From an uncultured Planctomycetaceae bacterium (lineage in GTDB: Bacteria > Planctomycetota > Planctomycetia > Planctomycetales > Planctomycetaceae), in the NCBI GenBank assembly GCA_964530165.1, contig CAZGYE010000018.1, forward strand, positions 1-36,752: a DNA stretch of 36,752 bases, read 5' to 3'. Below are positions 9,478-19,646 of the stretch, in pieces. Position numbers and translations under genes: made by a program. The notes under the pieces were generated by a model. That model did not search any database, had not been told where the DNA came from, and was given only the letters and a program-made list of their open reading frames with translations. Numbering within the stretch: position 1 is the stretch's first letter; every line of letters starts with the position of its first letter.

Positions 9478-11025
9478 ATGCTGCTCTCCATGCTCGCCAA
9501 ACTCTACACCTATTCGCTCTTCGGAATCGAAGCCAAGGCGGTCGAGGTCGAGGTCGACATTTCGCCCGGCGCGATGCCCAAGACGATTCTGGTCGGACTG
9601 GCGGAGGCCGCCGTGCGGGAGAGCACGCATCGTGTCGAGCGGGCGCTGGTCAACAGCGGCTACAGCCGGCCGATTGATCGGATCGTCATCAACCTTTCGC
9701 CGGCCGAGCTTCCCAAGGAAGCCGCTTCGTTCGACTTGCCGATTGCGCTGGGCATGCTGGTTGCCAGCGGGCAGTTGCAGTCGAACCGGTTTGCGGCGTT
9801 CGCCGCCGTCGGCGAACTGGCGTTGGACGGCACGCTGCGTCCGGTCAAGGGAGCGCTCTCGATGGCGCTCTCGACCAAGGAGCAGGGCAAGCGCGGCCTG
9901 CTGGTGCCGCTCGCCAATGCACAGGAAGCGGCCGTCGTCGAAGACATCGAAGTCTTTGCGGTCGGCTCGCTGGCCGAGGCGGTCGGCTTCTTCACCGAGC
10001 AAATCGAGATCGACCCGGTCCCGTTCAGTTGGCAGCATGCCGTGGACGAGTACGGCCGTTATCAGGTCGATTTCTCCGACGTGAAGGGGCAGGAATCCGC
10101 CAAACGGGCCGTCACCGTCGCCGCCGCCGGAGCGCATCATCTCTTGATGATTGGCGCTCCTGGCACCGGCAAGACGCTGCTCGCCCAACGGATCGGCAGC
10201 ATTCTGCCCGCACTGGCTCAGCAAGAGAGCCTGCAAACCACGCGGATTTGGAGCGCCGTCGGCCGGCTGGAACCCAATCAGCCGTTGCTGCTGCTGCGGC
10301 CGTTCCGCTCTCCGCACCACACCATCAGCGAGGCGGGTCTGGTCGGGGGAGGCAGCACGCCGGCTCCGGGGGAAATCAGCCTCGCCCACAACGGCGTGTT
10401 GTTCCTCGACGAGCTGCCCGAGTTCAATCGCCGCACGTTGGAAGTCCTCCGCCAGCCGCTGGAAGATCAGTGCGTGACCATCTCGCGGGCCATCGGCAGT
10501 GCGACCTTCCCGGCAAATCTGATGCTCGTGGCGGCCATGAATCCCTGTCCTTGCGGCTACCTCACCGACCCGCGCCGGCAATGCCATTGCAACCCGCTGC
10601 AAGTCGAGCGGTACCGGTCCAGAATCAGCGGCCCGTTGCTGGACCGCATCGACATCCACGTCGACGTGCCGCCCGTCCCGTTCCGCGAGCTTTCGGACGA
10701 TCATTCCGGCACGACCAGCCGGCAGATGCGCGAACAGGTCCTGACCGCGCGTGAAATCCAGCACCAGCGCTTCGACGGCGAGCTGAGCACGCTGAACGGA
10801 AAAATGTCGCCGCGCCAAATCCGCAAACACTGCCGGTTGGAGACCGAGGCCGAGTCACTGCTGAAATCAGCCATGGAAGAAATGGGCCTCTCCGCCCGCG
10901 CCCACGACAAGATCCTCCGCATGGGCCGCACCATCGCCGACCTGAACCGAAGCGACCAAATCACCGCCGCCCATCTCAGCGAAGCGATCAACTACCGCAC
11001 GCTCGACCGCACATATTGGGCGTGA
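9478..11025 (+). CDS. comM: YifB/ComM family Mg-chelatase-like AAA+ ATPase
   Basis: N-terminus LAKLYTYSLFGIEAKAVEVEVDI. Lon-like subdomain. Walker A GAPGTGKT, Walker B VLFLDELPEF. C-terminus is typical of YifB. Full length 515 aa. Confidence 0.9.
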   Translation: MLLSMLAKLYTYSLFGIEAKAVEVEVDISPGAMPKTILVGLAEAAVRESTHRVERALVNSGYSRPIDRIVINLSPAELPKEAASFDLPIALGMLVASGQLQSNRFAAFAAVGELALDGTLRPVKGALSMALSTKEQGKRGLLVPLANAQEAAVVEDIEVFAVGSLAEAVGFFTEQIEIDPVPFSWQHAVDEYGRYQVDFSDVKGQESAKRAVTVAAAGAHHLLMIGAPGTGKTLLAQRIGSILPALAQQESLQTTRIWSAVGRLEPNQPLLLLRPFRSPHHTISEAGLVGGGSTPAPGEISLAHNGVLFLDELPEFNRRTLEVLRQPLEDQCVTISRAIGSATFPANLMLVAAMNPCPCGYLTDPRRQCHCNPLQVERYRSRISGPLLDRIDIHVDVPPVPFRELSDDHSGTTSRQMREQVLTAREIQHQRFDGELSTLNGKMSPRQIRKHCRLETEAESLLKSAMEEMGLSARAHDKILRMGRTIADLNRSDQITAAHLSEAINYRTLDRTYWA

Positions 11026-11306
11026 GCGGCTGCCCGTTTGGTGACGATCGTGCGGGTTCGGACGAAGGTACATCACGAGAATCCACACCACTGCCACCGG
11101 CTGGAATCGCTGGTCAGCGAACGACCGGCAGGATATGATGCCAACGGAAAGGACATTGTTCCCGGTGGGCTGCAAGCTGACGGAGAGGAAACTGCCCTGC
11201 GATACCTGAAAAAACGCAACTCCTGCGTAAAGGAAACGCCTTCCGATCACCCACAGATCTCGGTGAACAGCCAATCTTTTCTTTCACATCAGGGAACCCC
11301 ACGCCA

Positions 11307-13493
11307 ATGATTTCTACAGCGAAAGCTGGAACGGATTTGTCCGGCATGGCGACGTTCAAGACAATCGCGGACTTCGGGAAGTCTGTCATTGTCCTCGTGC
11401 TGGTCTGGTGCGGAGCCCGGGGACAAGCTGAGACGATGCCTCCGCCGCCCTGGCCGCCGCTGACGGTTGCCAAAGAACGGCACGTCACCGTGTGGGGACG
11501 GACGTACGCGATGGATCGCACACCGCTTCCTACGCAAATCAACAGCGCCGGCGGTGAGCTGCTCGCCGCGCCCCCGTTGCTTGAACTTGATGGCGGAACG
11601 CAGAAGATTGATTGGCGAAGGCCAGTATTCAAAGAACACGATGCGTTACAGGCGATCTTTGTTTCGCAAGGTTCCTCACCTGGGCTGCGCTGGACGGCCG
11701 ACACGCGACTGGAATACGACGGACTGACCTGGGTCACCATCACGGCTGCGTCGACCGCACCGGGGGCGACGATCAACCGGCTCAGCCTCCGGCTGACGCT
11801 GCCCCAGTCTTCCGCGAAACTCTATTCCCATCAGCTTGTCAGATCGCGGCGCTTGGCGCCTGGTTGGCGGGCGCATTTCGCGGATACACCGGCGAAACTG
11901 TGGGACGCCGGGGCGGTGCCGTCGAGTGGTTGGGCCGGGGAGTTCACACCGCAACTCTGGGTCGGCAACTACGAGGGTGGATTGGCGTTTCTGGCGGAGT
12001 CGCCGAGTGGCTGGTCGGTTGGGCTGGATGATCCGATCATGTTCCTGCGTCCGGGCGACGCCAGCACCCTGAATCTGCGTGTCGACTTCGTGCAGCAACC
12101 GCTCAAGCCAGGCGACGGCTGGGAATTGTCGTTCGGCCTCCAGGCCACGCCAGTCCGTCCGCCGCGACACCGGGCGGACGCTTACCGGCTGGTCTATTCC
12201 GGCGGCGCACCACTGGTGAATCAGCAACAGGATTACGCGCCGGAACGGTTCGAAGACTCGAAGCTCAACCAGCTGGCCCACGACGGCGGTCAGATCGTCC
12301 TGCTGTGGAACTCTTGGAGCGACCTGTGGGGGTTTCCAGGCGTGACCGACGCACGTTACCGGCAGTTCGTGCACCGATTCGTCGATTACGCCCATCGTCT
12401 GGGGCTGAAAGTCATTCCGTACTGTTGCCCGTTTTTGGCGTTGCCGGACGCCCATCCGCATTTCGCCGAGCGGCGGAAACAGTTTCTGGTGAGCAATGAA
12501 TATCGCAAAGATCCGTTTCGCCCCGGACATGGCAACTACCGAGTCACGCCGACACCGGACTTTACGCGGTGGTACGTGGAGCAGCTAGCCGATCTGGTTC
12601 GTGAGTTCCAGTTCGACGGTATCTACCTGGACACGATCGCCAAGGCCGACCAGCCACTGCAGAACGAGACCTGCCATTATGCGCTGCGCGAGTGGCGGCG
12701 GTTTTATGAGGCGATCTACCGCGTCTTTCATGGCGGCGTGATCAACGATGGTTACGTCTTTTTTCATGATTCAGAGCCGAATCTTTTTCCGTTTTGCGGT
12801 TTCGCCGATATGCGGCTTAGCGGTGAAATGCAGTACTATGCCGCCGCGGCTCGCGGCGAAGTGTCCCCGTTGCATCCCGATCTGAAAGAACGCATGCCGC
12901 TGGACCGGTACTTTGCATGGACAAGCGGCCATGTACTGGGCGGCATGCCCACCTACTGGTGCTGGAAGCATCCGCACTCGAAAAGTTATTCAGTTGGTGC
13001 GGGCAAAGCACTCGTAACATACCGGGCTGGTGAGGTGTTGAGCACAGAGGAACTGTTCACGCTCGGTGGTCTGTTCAATGTCCATCTGAACTGTGCCCCG
13101 CCCGACTTTCGGGCCCGCGACAGCGTGTATCGACGAGTGCTGCCCTTTTGGAATCTGGAACAGGAGTTTCAAGAGCATGATGCCCCGTGGTTTGGCTACT
13201 GGCAGGCAGCGAAATACCTAAAACTGGAACCGAAAGCGGATCTGGCGGCGGCGGGCTACCTCTTGCGCGGCCAAAAGCTACTGTTGCACGTGGCCAACTT
13301 GCGGGCTGAGCCGCGCGAGGTTACCGTGCGGATGCTGGCGCCATCGGGGTTGAACGGACAAGCGTTGTCGATCACCGAGCAGCTTGCCGAAGCAGGTTCC
13401 TCCGCGACGATTTGCCCGGTCGGACTACACATCCGCCTGCGCCCGAACAGCTATCTGCGGGTGGCGGTCCGTGGCTCCGGAGCGAAAGAATAG
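11307..13493 (+). CDS. Hypothetical secreted protein (possible glycoside-hydrolase-like TIM barrel)
   Basis: A 728-aa open frame. Alternative start at ATG 11346 (MATFKTIADFGKSVIVLVLVWCGARGQA, signal-like). No family recognised; DGIYLDTIAKAD and WNSWSDLWGF are suggestive of a GH-like fold. Confidence 0.6.
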   Translation: MISTAKAGTDLSGMATFKTIADFGKSVIVLVLVWCGARGQAETMPPPPWPPLTVAKERHVTVWGRTYAMDRTPLPTQINSAGGELLAAPPLLELDGGTQKIDWRRPVFKEHDALQAIFVSQGSSPGLRWTADTRLEYDGLTWVTITAASTAPGATINRLSLRLTLPQSSAKLYSHQLVRSRRLAPGWRAHFADTPAKLWDAGAVPSSGWAGEFTPQLWVGNYEGGLAFLAESPSGWSVGLDDPIMFLRPGDASTLNLRVDFVQQPLKPGDGWELSFGLQATPVRPPRHRADAYRLVYSGGAPLVNQQQDYAPERFEDSKLNQLAHDGGQIVLLWNSWSDLWGFPGVTDARYRQFVHRFVDYAHRLGLKVIPYCCPFLALPDAHPHFAERRKQFLVSNEYRKDPFRPGHGNYRVTPTPDFTRWYVEQLADLVREFQFDGIYLDTIAKADQPLQNETCHYALREWRRFYEAIYRVFHGGVINDGYVFFHDSEPNLFPFCGFADMRLSGEMQYYAAAARGEVSPLHPDLKERMPLDRYFAWTSGHVLGGMPTYWCWKHPHSKSYSVGAGKALVTYRAGEVLSTEELFTLGGLFNVHLNCAPPDFRARDSVYRRVLPFWNLEQEFQEHDAPWFGYWQAAKYLKLEPKADLAAAGYLLRGQKLLLHVANLRAEPREVTVRMLAPSGLNGQALSITEQLAEAGSSATICPVGLHIRLRPNSYLRVAVRGSGAKE

Positions 13494-13521
13494 CCTGTCA
13501 GTATTGCACTCGCGAGACGGA

Positions 13522-14475
13522 TCAATGCTCCGATTCTCCAAGGGCCTGCATCAGCCGGTCGAACAGGCGGTCGACTTCCTGCCGGGTTTCTTCGTCCAGG
13601 CGGTAGCCGACCGGGCCGCGGGTGATTGTGTTCTTGAACACGCCGCGCTTGACGAGCAGGTACTTCTCGATCGCCAGGAAGGCGTCGAGGCTGTCCTGGA
13701 CGGCGATCAGTGACGAGATAAGCGGCGAAAGTTGGGAGACGCGGGTCTCGTTGCCCGCTTCCAGCGCGTTCCACAGAGCGACCAGGGCGTCGATGAGGTC
13801 GGCCCCCGGCATGGTCCCGGCGATCCCGCGGCGGAAACTGTCGACCAAAGCGATGCCGCCGCTGCCTTCGAAGATCGTCGCTTGTCCGCCGGTCGCGTCG
13901 CGGAGCGCTGAGAGACGCGGACCGAGCGGCGCCGCTTCCGGCTTGTACATCACGCGGTCGCCGAACTCCTGGAAAACCCGCGCCTGCAGTGCGATCGACA
14001 TCGGTCGCCCCACATAGCCACTGGCATCCTGCACGATGACCGGGATCTCCACCGACCGCAAGATTCGCTCGTAATACCGCAGCAACTCGTCGTCGTCCAG
14101 AGGGACGGAAACCGGGGGGATGGCCATCACGGCGTCGGCGCCGGCGGCCTCCGCTTGTCGGCTGAGCCGCTCGGCCGTGTGACCGCTTTCGGCACCGGTG
14201 CTGATGACCACGACGCCCGACGAACGTCCGGCTCGGCAGACGTGGGCAGCCAGCTCCTCGCGCTCTTCGGTCGACAGCCGTAGCACCTCCGAGACCATCG
14301 CCATCACCAGCCCGTCGACGCCCTGCTCGTCGAGCCAATCGATTTCCCGGTCGAGCGTGTCGTAGTCGATCGATTCGTCGTCGTGATACGGCGTCTGGAA
14401 AACAGACAAGACGCCACGGATCGGCGGGCGACCCCCACGCCGCGAATGCACGTCGCTGTTGGTAGCTGCTGGCAT
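13522..14475 (-). CDS. Dihydrodipicolinate synthase / N-acetylneuraminate lyase family (class I aldolase) protein
   Basis: DapA/NAL-family layout: GVDGLV…, VISTGAESGHTAERLSRQAEAAGADAVMAIPP, and a candidate Schiff-base Lys in VMYKPEA. Chosen start is ATG 14475 (MPAATNS) with GGAG 10-13 nt upstream; GTG 14493 is the alternative. Confidence 0.8.
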   Translation of the reverse strand: MPAATNSDVHSRRGGRPPIRGVLSVFQTPYHDDESIDYDTLDREIDWLDEQGVDGLVMAMVSEVLRLSTEEREELAAHVCRAGRSSGVVVISTGAESGHTAERLSRQAEAAGADAVMAIPPVSVPLDDDELLRYYERILRSVEIPVIVQDASGYVGRPMSIALQARVFQEFGDRVMYKPEAAPLGPRLSALRDATGGQATIFEGSGGIALVDSFRRGIAGTMPGADLIDALVALWNALEAGNETRVSQLSPLISSLIAVQDSLDAFLAIEKYLLVKRGVFKNTITRGPVGYRLDEETRQEVDRLFDRLMQALGESEH

Positions 14476-14489
14476 GTGGCTGTCTCCAA

Positions 14490-14913
14490 TCACATCGCCG
14501 CGAGCGAGTCATCGACTTCCAGAACCGTCGGATCGTTGAACTCAACGGGCACAACCAACGAGGCCAACGCCAGCGGGATGCCGGCACTCTCGCGGTACGG
14601 CGGCGAAGCGGTCAACTGATCGGCCGGCGGGTGTCCCCCGATCAACGCGAACTCGTGATACCCGTGAAAATGCCCGAAGAAACGAATGATCTTGTCTCAT
14701 CGACATGTCAAGAAATTCGCGGCCCTCGACGTCCCAGAACCGGGCGCCTTTCGCCCGAGCGGCATACACGGGCCGGCCCCACCCCTGGTTCCATCTCGTG
14801 CTGGAACAGACCACGCCGGGTAGGACGGATCGCCCATGTTGGTATAATACCTGGAGTTCTTGTGGCGACTCGGGCGAATGCAATTCGAACATGGGGAAAC
14901 CTGATGAACACAC
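14490..14913 (-). pseudogene. hemL: Decayed remnant of a class-III aminotransferase (glutamate-1-semialdehyde 2,1-aminomutase, HemL-like) with an internal deletion, a frameshift and C-terminal truncation
   Basis: Fragment 1 (14892→~14700, ORF frame): MFELHSPESPQELQVLYQHGRSVLPGVVCSSTRWNQGWGRPVYAARAKGARFWDVEGREFLD aligns with the HemL N-terminus (…VIPGGVNSPVRAF…GAYLYDVDGNRYID). The ORF frame then reads MSMRQ… nonsense, while the +1 frame reads DKIIRFFGHFHGYHEFALIGGHPP…SAGIP…VEFNDPTVLE, which matches HemL [24 protein letters not shown]…SPGVP…TYNDLASV. About 80 aa are missing between the fragments, and a stop follows ~70 aa later. Confidence 0.45.
14840..14848 (+). promoter_or_regulatory. Candidate extended -10 promoter element (TGGTATAAT) upstream of the aspartic protease gene
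   Basis: Exact TGnTATAAT at 14840-14848 in otherwise ~68% GC DNA, about 80 nt upstream of ATG 14928. No good -35, which an extended -10 does not require. Confidence 0.3.
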
Positions 14914-14927
14914 CCGGAGGCGAAAGC

Positions 14928-15341
14928 ATGGGAGAAGTACGGGTCAAAGTCAAGCTATCGAACGCGGTGGACGAAGGGTTGGTACGGCGGGGAGAATTGG
15001 CGCTCGACCAAGTGCGAACTTACGAAGCCGAGGCTCTGGTGGACACCGGAGCTGTGCGTTGCGTGTTGCCTCCGTTCGTTGTGGATCATCTGGGTCTCGC
15101 ACGGGTGGACCGCTACATGCCGGAGTATGCCGACGGGCGCCTTGATGAGGTTCACCTCACTGAACCCTTTTCCGTGCGAATCATGGGTCGCCTGACGGCG
15201 GAAGAGGCGCTGGTATTGGGCGACGAAGTTCTGATCGGTCAAACCGCCTTGGAGAAGCTCGATTTGTTCGTCGACTGCCAACGAGGTCGTCTCATTCCCA
15301 ACCCGGCGCATCCCGATCAGCCGGTTTCGAAAGTCAAGTAA
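14928..15341 (+). CDS. Retropepsin-like (clan AA, TIGR02281-type) aspartic protease
   Basis: ATG 14928 with GGAGG 7 nt upstream. Active-site motif LVDTGAV plus hydrophobic flanks. About 137 aa, typical of bacterial retropepsin-like proteins. The upstream in-frame extension to 14631 has no support. Confidence 0.7.
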   Translation: MGEVRVKVKLSNAVDEGLVRRGELALDQVRTYEAEALVDTGAVRCVLPPFVVDHLGLARVDRYMPEYADGRLDEVHLTEPFSVRIMGRLTAEEALVLGDEVLIGQTALEKLDLFVDCQRGRLIPNPAHPDQPVSKVK

Positions 15342-15422
15342 CCGGAATCCACTTGCTTGGCGAAACGCCCAGTTCGGCATAGAATCGAGTCAGCCAGGTA
15401 ATCCCCCAATGAAAGTTGTGCC

Positions 15423-16658
<1,236 letters not shown>

Positions 16659-17471
16659 TTGTCCGCACCCACACGTATTGCTTCCACGTTTGCCGAATTG
16701 AAATCACAGGGCCGCATGGCGTTCATGCCGTTCGTGACGGCCGGCGATCCGGACATGCCGCTGACGCTGCGGCTGATTCGCGAGCTGGCCGGCCGCGGGG
16801 TTGATCTCATCGAGGTCGGCTTCCCCTACAGCGACCCGATCGCCGACGGTCCGGTAATTCAGGCCTCTTACAGCCGCGCGTTGGAGAAGGGGCTGCGAAC
16901 AAGTGACATCTTTTCCGGCATCGGCTCGCTGGCCGGTGAAGAGATGCCGCCGCTGGTGGCGATGGTCTCTTACGCTCTGGTGTTCCGCAACGGGCCGGAA
17001 TCGTTCGTCGGGCGCGCCGCCGAGGCCGGCTTCTCCGGGCTGATCGTGCCCGACCTGCCGGGCGACGAAGCCGATGAGCTGGTCGCCTTGGCGAAATCAC
17101 ACACGTTGGACCTCGTGCAACTGATCGCTCCCACGACCCCGCCCGAGCGGGCCGAGCGCATCCTGCAAGCGGCCGGCGGGTTCGTCTATTGCATCTCGGT
17201 GGCGGGAACGACGGGCGTCCGGGACCAATTGCCCGTGGAGCTGCAGGACCAACTGCGGTGGTTGCGTTCGAAGACCGACCTCCCCCTGGCGGTCGGTTTC
17301 GGCATCAGCCGCCCGGAGCAGGTCGACACACTGCGAGGTCTAGCCGACGGTGTGATCGTCGGGTCGGCCATCGTGCGGCGAGTGGAATCGCTGTCGAACG
17401 GTTCCAACTTGGCGGAAAAGGTATTAGCCGAAATCGGCAACTTCGCAGCCGCGATGGTCGCGGCAACCTAG
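16659..17471 (+). CDS. trpA: Tryptophan synthase alpha chain (TTG start abutting the trpB stop)
   Basis: TTG 16659 immediately follows the trpB TAG. The N-terminus IASTFAELKSQGRMAFMPFVTAGDP matches TrpA starts. VGFPYSDPIADGPVIQ. Full 270 aa. Confidence 0.9.
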   Translation: MSAPTRIASTFAELKSQGRMAFMPFVTAGDPDMPLTLRLIRELAGRGVDLIEVGFPYSDPIADGPVIQASYSRALEKGLRTSDIFSGIGSLAGEEMPPLVAMVSYALVFRNGPESFVGRAAEAGFSGLIVPDLPGDEADELVALAKSHTLDLVQLIAPTTPPERAERILQAAGGFVYCISVAGTTGVRDQLPVELQDQLRWLRSKTDLPLAVGFGISRPEQVDTLRGLADGVIVGSAIVRRVESLSNGSNLAEKVLAEIGNFAAAMVAAT

Positions 17472-17503
17472 CGACATTGACCATCGTCAATGGCGACGGG
17501 TCA

Positions 17504-17938
17504 TTACACCCGACGGTCAGCGTTCCGGCGCCGAAAGGGATAGAACCACACGCCGTAGGGCAGGAAGCGGACTGGCAGCGGTTGTTCCAATCGTCTCGCG
17601 TTTCCCAGCCGCCAGGCGAATTGGCCCTTCAGTAATGCGCGGGGCACACAAGCCGCCGCCGCGTCGCGCGGCCGGCATCGCGCGGTCTCGACAATCTCCA
17701 CCGTGCCGACGAGCACGCCGCGCGGCAGCGATTCGATGTCGAGCTGATACTTGCGGATTGCCGCGTCGGCAGCAGGAATCTCAGCGAGCTTCTTGGCCGA
17801 GTAGAGGTAGATCGGCCCGCGCACCTGTGTGTTCTGCGAACGGACTTCGATCGTCTTGACGCCGCGCAGGATCAGCTCGACCCACGGTTGGCGGATTCCC
17901 AGGGCGATCAGGTTCTTGTCGGGATGAGCGATTGTCAT
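17504..17938 (-). CDS. ASCH (PUA-like) domain protein
   Basis: ALGIRQPWVELILRGVKTIEVR is typical of ASCH domains. Start chosen at ATG 17938; the listed 17980 start is GTG. Confidence 0.65.
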   Translation of the reverse strand: MTIAHPDKNLIALGIRQPWVELILRGVKTIEVRSQNTQVRGPIYLYSAKKLAEIPAADAAIRKYQLDIESLPRGVLVGTVEIVETARCRPRDAAAACVPRALLKGQFAWRLGNARRLEQPLPVRFLPYGVWFYPFRRRNADRRV

Positions 17939-17960
17939 GGTGTGGTCCGAGCGGCGTCCT

Positions 17961-19355
17961 TCATGCCTCGAACGATTCATACAACTCTGGAATCATTGGG
18001 TCCTCGTCGCAACAGTCCCGGATGATCGCGGCCAGTGACGCGGCGGCTTCCGGCTCGCCGTGGACCAGAAATGCCTGGCCGATTCCGGTCTCCGAGGCCA
18101 TGTGTTCGTACCACCATTTGAAGTCCTCGGCATCCGCGTGGGCCGAGAGGCCGCCCATCGTTTCCACTTTCGCCCTGAGCGGATAATCGCGGTCGAAAAT
18201 GCGGACTTTCTCCCGGCGTTCGACCAGCCGGCGTCCCAGCGTGTGCTGCGCCTGGAAGCCGATGATGACAATCGTGTTCTCGATGTCCGCGACGGCATGT
18301 TTCAGATGGTGCAGCACGCGGCCGTTTTCGCACATTCCGCTGGCAGCGATCACGACGAACGCCCCCTTGCGGTGATTCAAGGCGATGCTCTCCTGCTGAG
18401 ACCCGATGTAGGTGAGTCCCTGGAAGCCGAATGCATCGTCATCGTTGTCCAGCGTGTTCTGTACGCCGGCGTCCATGACGTCCGGATGTCGGCGATAAAC
18501 CGACGTGAGCCGCGTCGACAAGGGACTGTCGACGAATATCGGAATCGGCGGCAAGCGGCCTTCCTTCTTCAATTCGTTCAGAAAGTAGACCACCTGCTGC
18601 GTTCGTCCCAGACTGAACGCGGGAATAATGACCCGGCCGTCGACGGCAAACGCCTCGCCGACGATCCGCAGCAATTCGGCTTTCAGCTCGTCCGGCGGAG
18701 GATGCAGGCGGTTCCCATACGTCGACTCGCTGATCAGGATGTCGCAGCCGGGGATCAACTGGGGGTCTCGCAGCAAGGGCAGGTTTCGACGGCCCAGATC
18801 ACCGGTGAACACGACCCGGCGGACGTCGCCGCGGTCGCGGATGTCCATTTCGCAGATGGCCGAGCCAAGAATATGCCCCGCGTCGGAGAGCCGCAACCGA
18901 AATTCCGGAGAAAGCTCATGCCAGCGGCCGTATGCGAGCGGCTCAAACTGCCCGTCGAGCTGTTTGACGTGATGTTCGTCATACAGCGGCTCGATCGGGG
19001 GATGACCGGGTTGGAGGTGATGCCGCAGATAACGGACATCCTCCGCCTGAATCCGCGCGCTGTCACGGAGCATGATGGCCGCCACGTCTGCGGTGGCCTC
19101 GGTGCAGAACACCGGTCCGCGGAAACCCTCTCGATACAGTCCGGGCAGGTTTCCACAATGATCGATGTGGGCATGAGACAAGATGACCGCATCGAGGTCT
19201 TTCGGCCGGCAACGGAACTGTTCGTTCTTGGCCCGTGCCTGTTTTCGGCGTCCTTGGAAGAGTCCGCAATCCAGCAGAATCCGCAGGGTGCTGGTTTCGA
19301 GCAGATGCTGACTGCCGGTGACTTCGCCGGCCGCTCCCAGAAACGTGATCTTCAT
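17961..19355 (-). CDS. MBL-fold metallo-hydrolase of the beta-CASP RNA-metabolising family (RNase J/CPSF-like)
   Basis: HAHIDHCG (HxHxDH). beta-CASP motifs ESTYGN…, LSAHAD…; 464 aa. ATG at 19355. Confidence 0.85.
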   Translation of the reverse strand: MKITFLGAAGEVTGSQHLLETSTLRILLDCGLFQGRRKQARAKNEQFRCRPKDLDAVILSHAHIDHCGNLPGLYREGFRGPVFCTEATADVAAIMLRDSARIQAEDVRYLRHHLQPGHPPIEPLYDEHHVKQLDGQFEPLAYGRWHELSPEFRLRLSDAGHILGSAICEMDIRDRGDVRRVVFTGDLGRRNLPLLRDPQLIPGCDILISESTYGNRLHPPPDELKAELLRIVGEAFAVDGRVIIPAFSLGRTQQVVYFLNELKKEGRLPPIPIFVDSPLSTRLTSVYRRHPDVMDAGVQNTLDNDDDAFGFQGLTYIGSQQESIALNHRKGAFVVIAASGMCENGRVLHHLKHAVADIENTIVIIGFQAQHTLGRRLVERREKVRIFDRDYPLRAKVETMGGLSAHADAEDFKWWYEHMASETGIGQAFLVHGEPEAAASLAAIIRDCCDEDPMIPELYESFEA

Positions 19356-19544
19356 GCCGCTGACTTTGCCGAATCAGCCGTCGCTTGTCGAGTGCAAACG
19401 CCTTCAGAACAACGAGTCTACAAACCTTTCCAGGAACGGTGTGCAACACAAGTACAATCATTTCAATAACTTACAATTTTGCATTTGACCACGCTTCACC
19501 GCGTGAGGTAGAATTGATTGAATGGGTTGGATCCTTTCTGACGA

Positions 19545-19564
19545 TCTTTCTTGTCAGAGAAAGA
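19545..19564 (+). promoter_or_regulatory. Palindromic candidate operator (TCTTTCT-N6-AGAAAGA) in the AT-richer divergent region between the beta-CASP gene and the 181-aa ORF
   Basis: Perfect 7-bp inverted arms at 19545-19551 and 19558-19564. The surrounding 19356-19646 is markedly AT-richer than the rest of the window. Confidence 0.25.
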
Positions 19565-19646
19565 GTGCGGACCTGGATGGGATGACTTCAGCCTTGGCTG
19601 AAAGGAGAAAATTCATAGAATAAACAGAATACGAGAGGGTAGGTGT

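Noticed and set aside
14631-14927. Listed 236-aa ORF, the upstream extension of the aspartic protease
   Set aside because: The extension overlaps the hemL relic on the other strand and lacks SD support. The protease family length (~130 aa) and the GGAGG-ATG at 14928 favour the short form.
16659-16715. Alternative trpA start at internal ATG 16716
   Set aside because: The N-terminal 19 residues from the TTG start align with conserved TrpA N-termini (…FA.LK..G…F.PFVT.GDP), so the TTG start abutting the trpB stop is preferred.
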